Positions 1 through 8,781 of a stretch of DNA of 64,000 nucleotides are shown here, piece after piece. The notes under the pieces were generated by a model, which worked only from the letters and a program-made list of their open reading frames with translations, made no database searches and was not told the origin of the DNA. This stretch comes from a virus (Duplodnaviria > Caudoviricetes), in the IMG/VR virus record IMGVR_UViG_3300020016_000004, positions 1-64,000 of that record. One strand, 5' to 3'. A program made the position numbers and the translations under genes. Positions within the stretch are counted from its first letter, which is position 1. The number at the start of each line of letters is the position of its first letter.

Positions 1-573
1 CAGGGTGTCGGCTGATAAATTTTTCAGGGTGTAGGCTGATAAATTGTTCAGGGTGTCGGCTGATAAATTTTTCAGGGTGTCGGCTGATAAATTTTTCAGG
101 GTGTAGGCTGATAAATTTTTCAGGGTGTAGGCTGATAAATTTTTCAGGGTGTAGGCTGATAAATTTTTCAGGGTGTAGGCTGATAAATTTTTCAGGGTGT
201 CGGCTGATAAATTTTTCAGGGTGTCGGCTGATAAATTTTTCAGGGTGTAGGCTGATAAATTGTTCAGGGTGTAGGCTGATAAATTGTTCAGGGTGTAGGC
301 TGATAAATTTTTCAGGGTGTCGGCTGATAAATTTTTCAGGGTGTCGGCTGATAAATTTTTCAGGGTGTAGGCTGATAAATTGTTCAGGGTGTAGGCTGAT
401 AAATTTTTCAGGGTGTCGGCTGATAAATTTTTCAGGGTGTAGGCTGATAAATTGTTCAGGGTGTCGGCTGATAAATTTTTCAGGGTGTCGGCTGATAAAT
501 TGTTCAGGGTGTCGGCTGATAAATTGTTCAGGGTGTCGGCTGATAAATTGTTCAGGGTGTCGGCTGATAAATT
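1..573. repeat. 24-bp tandem repeat CAGGGTGT[C/A]GGCTGATAAATT[T/G]TT, 23 full copies + 21 bp; runs off window start
   Basis: Read directly; only positions 9 and 22 of the unit vary. Confidence 0.98.
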
Positions 574-627
574 AGGCTTGGCACACGCCAATTCAAATAA
601 AAACTCTCTGGCTGCTTTTTTGCTCAT
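1..627 (-). CDS. Octapeptide-repeat protein MSKKAAREFLFELACAKP-(NLSA[D/Y]TL[N/K])n, 3' end outside window
   Basis: ATG at 627 after an A-rich spacer following the 654 stop; frame is stop-free through all units; absent from ORF track because it has no stop in the window. Confidence 0.8.
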   Translation of the reverse strand, partial: MSKKAAREFLFELACAKPNLSADTLNNLSADTLNNLSADTLNNLSADTLKNLSADTLNNLSAYTLKNLSADTLKNLSAYTLNNLSAYTLKNLSADTLKNLSADTLKNLSAYTLNNLSAYTLNNLSAYTLKNLSADTLKNLSADTLKNLSAYTLKNLSAYTLKNLSAYTLKNLSAYTLKNLSADTLKNLSADTLNNLSAYTLKNLSADTL

Positions 628-653
628 AATTTTGTGTTTTTTATGGTTTAAGA

Positions 654-917
654 TTATTCATCGCAATCGCAGACCCACTTGTCACGATTGTCGAGGATGT
701 GTTTTTTTATGTCGTCGGTCGTCAGGTCATCCGCTGTCGGCTGGTAGGGTGTCTTCACCAGCTGATCTCCGTTCTTGTAACTAATGCTTTCCCGGACAGG
801 AAGTGTAGCAGCCAGTTTTACCTTGAAGTCTTCTCCTGGTAAATAGTAAGGCTCTCCTTTGTATGTAAACGCGGGAATCGAATCATCCACAATAATTATG
901 TGTCTCATGGGAATCAT
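654..917 (-). CDS. Hypothetical protein
   Basis: ORF track; ATGA-coupled to upstream HNH gene. Confidence 0.7.
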   Translation of the reverse strand: MIPMRHIIIVDDSIPAFTYKGEPYYLPGEDFKVKLAATLPVRESISYKNGDQLVKTPYQPTADDLTTDDIKKHILDNRDKWVCDCDE

Positions 918-1444
918 GCTTCAATTACATTTAAGTTAGCAAATTCTCCAAAATGCTCTTTTGCTGCTATATTGTAAGCAAACGCCGCTGTAATTTCATC
1001 ATCAAAAACACCGATTAGCCGCTCCTTTTTGTTTACAGTAATTCTTGTGCGCCAACATTCGCCTCTTTTTCTTTTCGTTCGATCAACCCCTAAATATACA
1101 GACGTTGAGCCTATCGTTGATTTCTTATTCCTTTGGTTTTCGGAGGATGTACAGATTCGCAAATTGCTTTTATAATTGTGCAGTCCGTTTCTGTTTTCAT
1201 GATCTATTAAAATTTCCGCATCGCTAATTCTTAGTACGGCTCGGTGCATGGACAGCATTGCCGTTCCAACCCCCACCTCTTTATTAGAAACCCTTCTGTG
1301 GGCATAAAATGTATGGTCTTTTTCGCTTTTCTTAACCGACCAATTCCACCGCATAAGATAATCAAAATCTTCATCATCCACCAAGGCAACCAGTCCCATG
1401 TGGCCATACTTTTTTCCTCTCTTCGACAACGGAATCTCTTTCAT
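914..1444 (-). CDS. HNH homing endonuclease with AP2 domain
   Basis: LVDDEDF..L...W, IDHENRNGLHNYKSNLR, AAFAYNIAAKEHFGEFANLN. Confidence 0.9.
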   Translation of the reverse strand: MKEIPLSKRGKKYGHMGLVALVDDEDFDYLMRWNWSVKKSEKDHTFYAHRRVSNKEVGVGTAMLSMHRAVLRISDAEILIDHENRNGLHNYKSNLRICTSSENQRNKKSTIGSTSVYLGVDRTKRKRGECWRTRITVNKKERLIGVFDDEITAAFAYNIAAKEHFGEFANLNVIEA

Positions 1445-1448
1445 CTAA

Positions 1449-1619
1449 TTACGGTGTTACTGTTCTGCAAAATCTCTTTGTCCTTACAAGCCTGCGCAAA
1501 TATGCAAACCGATGTGGCTTTCCTCGCAGGTCCCTGATGGTAAAAATATCATTGGCGATCAATCTTCCCTTTTCCGTAAATCCAGAGTGTATTACTTCGT
1601 CTCGAATAATATTTTCCAT
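1449..1619 (-). CDS. Small hypothetical protein (56 aa, MENIIRDEVI...)
   Basis: Translated by hand; fills the gap between 1627 and 1444 exactly. Confidence 0.55.
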   Translation of the reverse strand: MENIIRDEVIHSGFTEKGRLIANDIFTIRDLRGKPHRFAYLRRLVRTKRFCRTVTP

Positions 1620-1626
1620 CGGCGGA

Positions 1627-1842
1627 TTATTTAGAGTTTTGTTTTATGAAATAATCAGATGTTATCATCATCCACCTGCATAATTTACAATAGCTTTCAA
1701 TGTCCGGTGGGCTTCCCGCCTCAATTCTGCTTAACGTGGACGCAGATATTCCAATCTTTTTTGCCGCACTTCTCATGGAGAGCTGTTGATACTTCCTGTG
1801 AGTTGAAACTTTCTCTGTAAATAGTTTTTGGTTAAAAATCAT
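1627..1842 (-). CDS. XRE-family HTH regulator
   Basis: LSMRSAAKKIGISASTLSRIEAG. Confidence 0.9.
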   Translation of the reverse strand: MIFNQKLFTEKVSTHRKYQQLSMRSAAKKIGISASTLSRIEAGSPPDIESYCKLCRWMMITSDYFIKQNSK

Positions 1843-1860
1843 GGTGTTTTATATCGGAAA

Positions 1861-1900
1861 CAAATGTACTATTAAAGAAACACTAAAGTCAAGTGTTATT
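1861..1900 (-). promoter_or_regulatory. Promoter AATAACACTTGAC-N18-GTACATTTG
   Basis: TACATTTG fits Bacteroidota -7 consensus TAnnTTTG; same upstream 13-mer recurs at 11287-11299. Confidence 0.65.
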
Positions 1901-2270
1901 TTTCATCCACCTGATTATCAATCGAATTGTTTTCTGAATGTACATCACCAATGCATATATCGTTGATTCCATCGCACCTCCCACAACATTCACCTTCACG
2001 TGGCGTCGCCTTCTTTATTTCCCAAAACACCCTGAAGAAAAGTTCTTCAAAGGTCATCCCGAGCCCTGCGGCCATTGCCTGTATTTCTTTTATCCGCATC
2101 CGCGCTGGGTCCCTCACCCAGCTTGTTACCGTTGGTCCAGTTACAAGATAGCCCGCATTGACGATGTGCTTATGAAGTTTATTGTTGGTCCATTTCTTAC
2201 GAACCAAAATTTTCTTTAACTTTTTCTTACAGCCAATTATTTCCATATTGATTAGTTTATATTTCCCCAT
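1896..2270 (-). CDS. Probable HTH DNA-binding protein with Cys-rich tail
   Basis: PTVTSWVRDPARMRIKEIQAMAAGLGMTFEELF resembles XRE fold; CCGRC tail. Confidence 0.55.
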   Translation of the reverse strand: MGKYKLINMEIIGCKKKLKKILVRKKWTNNKLHKHIVNAGYLVTGPTVTSWVRDPARMRIKEIQAMAAGLGMTFEELFFRVFWEIKKATPREGECCGRCDGINDICIGDVHSENNSIDNQVDEK

Positions 2271-2929
2271 TGGGCAGCAAAAGCTTTTGCAATTCCAGGA
2301 AAGGTTTTTGATCGGTACTCATTAAAATCTTTTTGCGGCTGCTTTCCGCCGAATCCTTTTCCTTGCGCGTACCACAACGGCTGACTTTTTTCTTTTCCAG
2401 TTTTAGAATCAACCCAAGTATGCTTCGCTCCCGAATCAACATGCGTGTTCTGTTCAAACAAATTATCTCCCTTCGTGTGCAACAACATGGGCAGCCCTGA
2501 CAACCACAAGCAGGTTTGTTTCTGATATTCGTCCCCGAAATAATACGGGTGAATTATTTGTGGCTTTGGCAACCTGGAATCCCCATTCATCGCTCCCATT
2601 GGATTCTCCATGTACACCCTCCTTGCTTTCTTTACAGCAAGCTGCCACAACTTAACCGTCCATTCGACGGCCTATATTCTTTCTTGGTGCCGTGGCTTTC
2701 CTGGAGCATAGTGCCGATTGCCTGATAGCGTCATTTTTGTACACACCGGATGTAGGCCGATGAAATCCCATTGCTTTAACTCAATCGCTTGCATTACATC
2801 CATTTTCAAATGCCACTCCGGATGACCGCCCGAACAATCCTTCAGGTCGTTGCTGTACGCTTCGTGTCCCGTCGCTCGAAAAGCATTGCATACCTCCTGT
2901 GATTCTTCACAACCAATTAATATCAGCAT
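2252..2929 (-). pseudogene. Phage C5 cytosine DNA methyltransferase interrupted by one in-frame TAG (2672-2674)
   Basis: ILIGCEES..VC.AFR..GHEAYSND, HPVCT and ENPMG motifs lie in one frame across ERI*AVEW. Confidence 0.8.
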
Positions 2930-3282
2930 GTTTTCTTTTCGCGTTCGTAATTAAAATCAATCCGTACACCGGGCTCATGCTTTTTCTTCCACACGCTTTT
3001 GTAGTCACTGGCAATTTCAATCTTGAACTTTACCTGCTGGTACATCCCGTAGTCATCATCGATGAACCGCTTAACAGCTTCTATAAATCGGTCCCACTCC
3101 GTTTGAATCAACTTATCCCAGTCCTCGCTGGTTGCTGTCGCCGGATCAAACGAAATCCGGTCGCCCTGCGGCAGCTTCTTCAACACATTGTATGCTTTCT
3201 CCCGATCAAAAATAATGGAGCCACCCATAGGCATCGCTAACAATCGCGCGTACGTCCGGTCGGTGTAGTTGGGTACACTCAT
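2923..3282 (-). CDS. Hypothetical protein
   Basis: ORF track; tight operon packing. Confidence 0.7.
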   Translation of the reverse strand: MSVPNYTDRTYARLLAMPMGGSIIFDREKAYNVLKKLPQGDRISFDPATATSEDWDKLIQTEWDRFIEAVKRFIDDDYGMYQQVKFKIEIASDYKSVWKKKHEPGVRIDFNYEREKKTC

Positions 3283-3938
3283 AGCTCGATAGAATTATTT
3301 ACCTGATTGCCGTACACACTCCAACCTTCATATTCGTGGTCGGCAAACATACCCTCCCTGCTTCGTGCAAATAATTCCAGCTTACGCGGAGTAGCAAAGG
3401 AAACCTGTACCGCCTTGTTGATCAGTTCCCGGAAATGCGCGGGCTTCTGCGAATGCTTGCCTGCTTTGGACTGGTGACATTCATCCAAATCAAAAACCTG
3501 ACTTTCATAAAAGTTTGCTTTCTGTTGACGGAACGCTTTCACCGTTCCTTTCGTGCCCAGTATCAAATGCTCACACTGCCCGCGAAACCAGTAACCCATA
3601 CCCATGCTCATAATTTTTCTCCACGTCAGCATCGTCTTGTATTTGAATCCCCATGCAGTCAAAGTCGCCAATCCTTCCGGCAACAACGGCACGGTAACCC
3701 ACAGGAAGCAAAGCGCGTCCTTCTCGGTTATCTCCCATATCGGCAGGTTCATAATGTCTTCGTTAGTCATCACGTCGTACTTCTGTTCGGCACCATGTTT
3801 ATAATCACGGCCCGTCTTTTTCTGCTCGTATGACCACGGCGGATCGCCGTAGATAACATTATACTTTTCAGAATGGAGGGCTGTCATCGTCGCTGTCATA
3901 ATTAAATTCAAATCTGCTTCCAGGATGTACAGGCTCAC
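3279..3938 (-). CDS. MT-A70-family N6-adenine methyltransferase (likely start 3899 or 3887)
   Basis: YGDPPWSY, LCFLWVT, WGFKYKTMLTWRK, HSQKP, KLELFAR. Confidence 0.92.
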   Translation of the reverse strand: MSLYILEADLNLIMTATMTALHSEKYNVIYGDPPWSYEQKKTGRDYKHGAEQKYDVMTNEDIMNLPIWEITEKDALCFLWVTVPLLPEGLATLTAWGFKYKTMLTWRKIMSMGMGYWFRGQCEHLILGTKGTVKAFRQQKANFYESQVFDLDECHQSKAGKHSQKPAHFRELINKAVQVSFATPRKLELFARSREGMFADHEYEGWSVYGNQVNNSIEL

Positions 3939-5832
3939 TCACAATTCTATTCGGAGTAATTATGCTGATCTGTGGAGTGTAGCTGTCAAGCACTGGGTTG
4001 AATCCATCATCGCTCTCAAACCCGCAGTTTCCCTTTACAATTCGTATTCGTACCGGTGAATCCATCGGGGTTGCTATTCCCCCCGTTTCGGTTTCCTTTA
4101 TTTTTCTCACATGGATTTCTGTCCACATCCAGTCCGTAGCATGCTGCACATACCTATGAACCGTAAAAAAGTCGTCCGCCCGATTAGAAAACTTTCCTCC
4201 TCCTTCGGTATCTGCTTTGCCCGGTGGCATTGGGAAGCCTTCATACTTGTGTCCCTTAGCATGGGTTCTCCTGAGCGCTTCAGTAACGGCGTGACAGTTT
4301 ATATAAACAGAGCAGTTGTGACGCTCCTTGAACAGCCGTAACTCTCCAGTTCCCTTATAATGATATTCGTGGGTGGATAGCTTGCTGAATGGCTCCATAT
4401 CGAGATCCAATGAGTTGTACGGATCAATTAAAAATGCCTGATATTCTTTTTCTTCAAATAGCTGCTCGGCGATTGTAATTAAATTCTTGTAGTTGTAGGC
4501 ATCTTTGTTAGCGATAAGCGCAAAATGCTTTTTCACCCACTGATAACCATTTTCAAGTTCCTCGTTGGTGAGTGCGGTAATTGGTTTGCAATAGTAAAGT
4601 TCAATTATCTTTCGCTTCACATATCCATTCCTGTTCTCCCCAGCATAAATAATCCACGACCATTCGTGTTTTTTCGCCGACAATACTGCAAGGAAAAGCA
4701 TTACAAGCGTTTTGCCAACATTGTCGTGGCCATTAACAATTACAAGATTTCCTTGTTTAAAAAGAAAATGTTCGTCAAGTTTCAGAATACCCGTTGATAG
4801 TCCCATTGGAATTTTGCCATCCCTGGCAAGCCGGAGATATACAAGGTCTTCATCGTCTACCGAAAGATATTTTTCAAGATTCTTGATTATCTTTTTTTCT
4901 TTGGTTTGAACGGGCTCTCGCGCCGCCCCGTATCCCTCCGCACGTAGCCTGCGCGATGCCTCAGAAAAATCTTTATTACATTCCAGCACAGCGTACACCG
5001 CATACGGCAAATGTGCTTTGAGCGAATCAAATTCAGTGGAAGTAGAAAAAACCGTAAACCACTTGTCTGCATGACGATATCCGGCCGAATGGCCCTCATC
5101 CTTCCCTGGTCGACGCAAGAGCGCGTTTTTACCATCGTTCGAGACAATCTTCCACCCATGCTTGACAAGCAGCGCCAGCACGTCCCCACGCTCGTTGTAA
5201 TCTTCCAGTGGGCTTAACTCACCATCTTTCGGTGTAGCATGATGAACAATTTGATCGCCCTTAAAGTTTTGGTTGAATTCTCTTGCCGTGTTGAGTAGGT
5301 GGTCACGTTCTTCGGGCGAAATTTCGGGAATCTGATGCAGGTGCTTTTCAATAAACTTATACCCTGGAGTAGGATATGCCGCGATATACCCGCCAATTCC
5401 CCTTGTTTCAATCAGCACCTTCACCTTTTCTCCGTTCCTGCGCTCCTCCTCTGTCGCTGGTCGCTCCGCAAGTTTCTGATTCCCTTCAATCCGCCGACAA
5501 CGATACAGCAGGTGATACCCACCGTTTACCGTAGCCTGGATGACAAGTTTTTTAAATATTTCCGGATTAACGCGATCTCGGTAGTCTTCAAACAATGTTC
5601 CCGTCAGATCATACTTGCAATCCAAATCCAGTGCTTCAAGATTTCCAGAAACCTCTCCGCATACAATTCCGATTGCTGGCGCTTCGGGATTAAAGTTTTT
5701 TTCAACCTGCGCCTCCGACATAAATTTCCCCTGAAATGGCTTCCATGAACCAATAGGCACCTTGTTGGCTCCGAGTTTAATTACGGAAACCCCCAAGCCA
5801 ATGTACTTTTTAACAGTTTCTATCTGGCTCAT
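3868..5832 (-). CDS. Primase-helicase: N-terminal prim-pol domain + DnaB-like SF4 helicase
   Basis: IGIVCG..SGNLEALDLD, T.NGGYHLLYR; Walker A GHDNVGKT, LIDPYNSL. Confidence 0.88.
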   Translation of the reverse strand: MSQIETVKKYIGLGVSVIKLGANKVPIGSWKPFQGKFMSEAQVEKNFNPEAPAIGIVCGEVSGNLEALDLDCKYDLTGTLFEDYRDRVNPEIFKKLVIQATVNGGYHLLYRCRRIEGNQKLAERPATEEERRNGEKVKVLIETRGIGGYIAAYPTPGYKFIEKHLHQIPEISPEERDHLLNTAREFNQNFKGDQIVHHATPKDGELSPLEDYNERGDVLALLVKHGWKIVSNDGKNALLRRPGKDEGHSAGYRHADKWFTVFSTSTEFDSLKAHLPYAVYAVLECNKDFSEASRRLRAEGYGAAREPVQTKEKKIIKNLEKYLSVDDEDLVYLRLARDGKIPMGLSTGILKLDEHFLFKQGNLVIVNGHDNVGKTLVMLFLAVLSAKKHEWSWIIYAGENRNGYVKRKIIELYYCKPITALTNEELENGYQWVKKHFALIANKDAYNYKNLITIAEQLFEEKEYQAFLIDPYNSLDLDMEPFSKLSTHEYHYKGTGELRLFKERHNCSVYINCHAVTEALRRTHAKGHKYEGFPMPPGKADTEGGGKFSNRADDFFTVHRYVQHATDWMWTEIHVRKIKETETGGIATPMDSPVRIRIVKGNCGFESDDGFNPVLDSYTPQISIITPNRIVSEPVHPGSRFEFNYDSDDDSPPF

Positions 5833-6608
5833 TTTTCGTTGGGGTGTTTGCCTCCTGGATATTTTTTATAAAAATCGGCATCCTTCATGTGCCGATAATC
5901 GTGCTGAAATTCTTTGTCTACATCCGACCACGGTTTGGTTAAAACAATTTCTTCGCTGACCGTATAACCAGATACAATTTCAATTTCATTTTCAGCATTT
6001 AGGTTAACCTTTTGGTTTCTATCTTGCTTAACCGTTTGGTTAACCAAATTAGGGTTGCCTCCGCGCATTCCTGCGATTTTTCGCGTTTTTGACAGTTCCT
6101 CCATTTTTTTGATTTTCCGGCTTTCAATCTTCATCTGCCCGTTATCGAGTTGAGTGAAATCAATTACATTTTTTTGGTTAAGTGTTTGGATAACCAAAAC
6201 AGAGTCTTCCATCGAACAAGACATTAACCTGGAGAAATCCTCATAGGAACCAATAATCTCCCCCCTTATGCTTGCATCCCACATATAAAGAATAAGATCA
6301 ACGTATCCGCCACGCACATTTAACGGGAGAACCCGGGTGTCCTTTAAATAATCACCAACATAAAAGGGAATGTATGGTTGTTTGCCCATGTGAAAATAAT
6401 GGTGTCCGCGTTCAAACAACATCCGGCTGAAACCATTATCGGGAGAAAATGGAACGGTTGTCGTCCTACTAACGGACACTATTTTGAAATAAGATTGTTT
6501 GTTTTCATTGGAATCTGTTTTCAGCTTTTGATTCGGGTGTAATAATAGAAACCATATTGAAACAAAAATATGTTGTGTGAAGTTATTTATCAACAGGTGT
6601 TTGTTCAT
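5829..6608 (-). CDS. YdaU/DUF1376-like replication initiator; homologous domain begins at Met 6389
   Basis: PYIPFYVGDYLKDTRVL....RGGYVDLILYMW; 73-codon in-frame extension to ATG 6608. Confidence 0.78.
   Translation of the reverse strand: MNKHLLINNFTQHIFVSIWFLLLHPNQKLKTDSNENKQSYFKIVSVSRTTTVPFSPDNGFSRMLFERGHHYFHMGKQPYIPFYVGDYLKDTRVLPLNVRGGYVDLILYMWDASIRGEIIGSYEDFSRLMSCSMEDSVLVIQTLNQKNVIDFTQLDNGQMKIESRKIKKMEELSKTRKIAGMRGGNPNLVNQTVKQDRNQKVNLNAENEIEIVSGYTVSEEIVLTKPWSDVDKEFQHDYRHMKDADFYKKYPGGKHPNEK
6390..6570 (-). promoter_or_regulatory. Putative interleaved two-stem leader (third, weaker copy)
   Basis: GCTGAAAAC(6525-6517)/GTTTCAGC(6433-6426) interleaved with GTGTCCG(6479-6473)/CGGACAC(6408-6402). 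Confidence 0.5.
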
Positions 6609-6847
6609 CGGCGGATCGCAAAGATTCTTTTCAACCCGCCGATGAACAACTCTTTTAACTTCTCATCTTTCTGTCCCTGCAGGAGTATTTTCCCTGTCCT
6701 GTACATATTTATTACAGCACCGCTTGTTGTCTTAATCTGGTAGCCGTAGTCAATAGTTCTCTCGGCGGAAATTCCATAATCGTTGTCAGCGAGTAGCATC
6801 TGTACTTTTTCAACAAGAGGGTTGGGTATGTTAGATTGATCGCTCAT
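6605..6847 (-). CDS. Stand-alone TBP-like domain protein
   Basis: YGYQIKTTSGAVINMYRTGKILLQG resembles N-termini of RNase HIII-like and TIR-like nucleotide-binding proteins. Confidence 0.55.
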   Translation of the reverse strand: MSDQSNIPNPLVEKVQMLLADNDYGISAERTIDYGYQIKTTSGAVINMYRTGKILLQGQKDEKLKELFIGGLKRIFAIRR

Positions 6848-6875
6848 TTTTTGTCGGCGGATTGAGAGGAGTCTT

Positions 6876-7160
6876 TTAAACTATTTGTTTGTAGTTTTTC
6901 TTGTTATGTATGACTTCCATCCCGCGCTTTTTTATTGTTATGTGTGCATGATTTGCATAGAAACCGTCTGGTGGATCAAATTTATATTCGGATGGATAAA
7001 GAGGAATTACCTTCAGCAAACCTTCTTCAAAGTCTATGGCGAGAACAATGCAGTCCATTTCAAATCTGTACGCCTCTGCAAGTTTGCCGGAATAGTCATT
7101 TGAAAATACAACAAGTTCAAACGGTTTCCATCTTCGCTTTTTAAATTCATCCTCGGTCAC
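6876..7160 (-). CDS. Hypothetical protein
   Basis: ORF track; ATGA coupling to upstream exonuclease. Confidence 0.7.
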   Translation of the reverse strand: MTEDEFKKRRWKPFELVVFSNDYSGKLAEAYRFEMDCIVLAIDFEEGLLKVIPLYPSEYKFDPPDGFYANHAHITIKKRGMEVIHNKKNYKQIV

Positions 7161-8101
7161 TTTACCGTTTCCTTTCCATCCGCCGACAATAATTTTGATT
7201 CTGATTTTTCTTTCTCGGCGGACGCAAGAGAATCTTGCGCCACAAATCTGGGTTTCAAATAGGTTCCGGCAGCAATCATTAGCTCTGTAAGTTTGTTCTT
7301 TTCTTCCTGTGGCACATCAAAACGAATTATCGTTATGTCCTGATAATAACCGCCCCGGTGAATCCAGGGAAGCGAGTCGTCTTCCGCCCAAAAGAATCTC
7401 GCTACTCCATCTTTCTTTTCGTGGTCATCGGATGTCACTTTTAATTTTGTCAAATCATCCTTGTACGGAACGCTTACGATTAACTCAAACACATCTACAT
7501 CAAGAAGAACGGCGTTGGAAATCATTTGTATAAAATATTTCTCTCCATCCTTGTGTGCTTTGCGTTTCAATCCTGTCATTGGATCAATCCAATCTTTGCG
7601 AATAGCGTTGATTGCGTCCATTCCACGAAGTCCACGATAGAACGGATCAACAAGCCTTGTGAATGAAGATAAGGTAGAGGGCGATTTCATTTCAAACCCT
7701 ATTCTTTTTTCTTCACCAAATTTTTCCCCCTCTGGCGAACCGCTCCACCAGTCTATTGTTGGGTGCACCATTACTTCAGCAGAACTTAGCCGATACGAAT
7801 TTGGCAGCTTCTGAAAAAAAAATGGCTCACATAATTTTCCATACATTAAGGGACGAGCATCCGATTCGTTGGTTATCGCCCGACCCAAGATCCTTTCTAC
7901 ATTGGTTTCGTTAATGTACGTGATGCAAGCGTCGCCCGGCCACGATTCAATGGTTCTTGCTTTGCTTTTCGGATTTGTGATTTTGTATGCAGCCAATTCA
8001 TCTTCTGCCATATCCCTCTTTCCTGTCGAGTAGAGGGCTACCGCTTCGCTCGACGTGAAATTGCCAAAGCGCAGGGGATTCATGTTTACTGTTGTTTCCA
8101 T
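7157..8101 (-). CDS. YqaJ/lambda-exonuclease-like recombination nuclease
   Basis: FTSSEAVAL, YGKLCEP, GSPEG, FEMKSP, QMISN; next to annealing protein. Confidence 0.78.
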   Translation of the reverse strand: METTVNMNPLRFGNFTSSEAVALYSTGKRDMAEDELAAYKITNPKSKARTIESWPGDACITYINETNVERILGRAITNESDARPLMYGKLCEPFFFQKLPNSYRLSSAEVMVHPTIDWWSGSPEGEKFGEEKRIGFEMKSPSTLSSFTRLVDPFYRGLRGMDAINAIRKDWIDPMTGLKRKAHKDGEKYFIQMISNAVLLDVDVFELIVSVPYKDDLTKLKVTSDDHEKKDGVARFFWAEDDSLPWIHRGGYYQDITIIRFDVPQEEKNKLTELMIAAGTYLKPRFVAQDSLASAEKEKSESKLLSADGKETVK

Positions 8102-8103
8102 TT

Positions 8104-8754
8104 TTATAGGTTGGTTAGTGTTTCGTGAATTTTCTTGTATGATGTTTTTTCTTTTCCATTAATTATGCGCAAATAGTTTTCCCTGTCCTCGGGGTGTATT
8201 TTGTCCAACTTATTCTCAAAAAGTCGCCGAAGACTAACATCATCCACCACATTTGATTTCAGAAGAGCATTGTAGTCCATCGTTTCCGCTCGGTTCAGGT
8301 CCTTGCCGAAGATCCGACCCCATTGCTCACAGGCATCCTTGATCGCATACGTCTTCGCTGCCGGTGCTGCTAACTGCGCTCCTGCCGGATCTTTGCCTAC
8401 GATATAAGCACCGACACCATCCTGGTATTCCTCTTTGTCTGTTACCGGATTCCTGACCGTTACACGCACCGTTATCACGATAGACTGCGCAAGCTCCTGT
8501 ACCGACCTTACCTCTGTCTGATAGCCCCCGTAGATGTATGCAAGGAGCCACTCAATCCGCTCGATAGGAAGGTACACCAGCGGAATCCATTCGCCCGATC
8601 TGTTCTGCACCTTGGCTGTGGGATGCTCTTTCAGCCATTCTTTTTTCGGCGGCTGGTTGAGAATCACCATCAGATTGTTCTCTGATTCAGAGAGGGGCTT
8701 CTCGTCAATGATGTCACTCAGTTTTGGTATGATATGCTTTGTTTCGTTTTTCAT
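8104..8754 (-). CDS. Rad52/Sak-like single-strand annealing protein
   Basis: YLPIERIEWLL, V.VRVTV, AKTYAIKDACEQWGRIFGKDLNR. Confidence 0.75.
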   Translation of the reverse strand: MKNETKHIIPKLSDIIDEKPLSESENNLMVILNQPPKKEWLKEHPTAKVQNRSGEWIPLVYLPIERIEWLLAYIYGGYQTEVRSVQELAQSIVITVRVTVRNPVTDKEEYQDGVGAYIVGKDPAGAQLAAPAAKTYAIKDACEQWGRIFGKDLNRAETMDYNALLKSNVVDDVSLRRLFENKLDKIHPEDRENYLRIINGKEKTSYKKIHETLTNL

Positions 8755-8781
8755 TTTTGTCGGGCGGATTTAAGGGAATTA

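Noticed and set aside
1-573. CRISPR array
   Set aside because: Units are contiguous with no unique spacers, and no cas genes are present
452-784. Plus-strand FRVSADKL repeat ORF
   Set aside because: The A-variant units create TAG in this frame and the start is internal to the repeat; the minus frame is fully open with a proper start
2672-2674. Genome-wide TAG reassignment (code 15) as in some crAss-like phages
   Set aside because: TAG ends well-packed genes at 12264, 13100, 30615 and 39211, long genes are intact in the standard code, and no suppressor tRNA was seen
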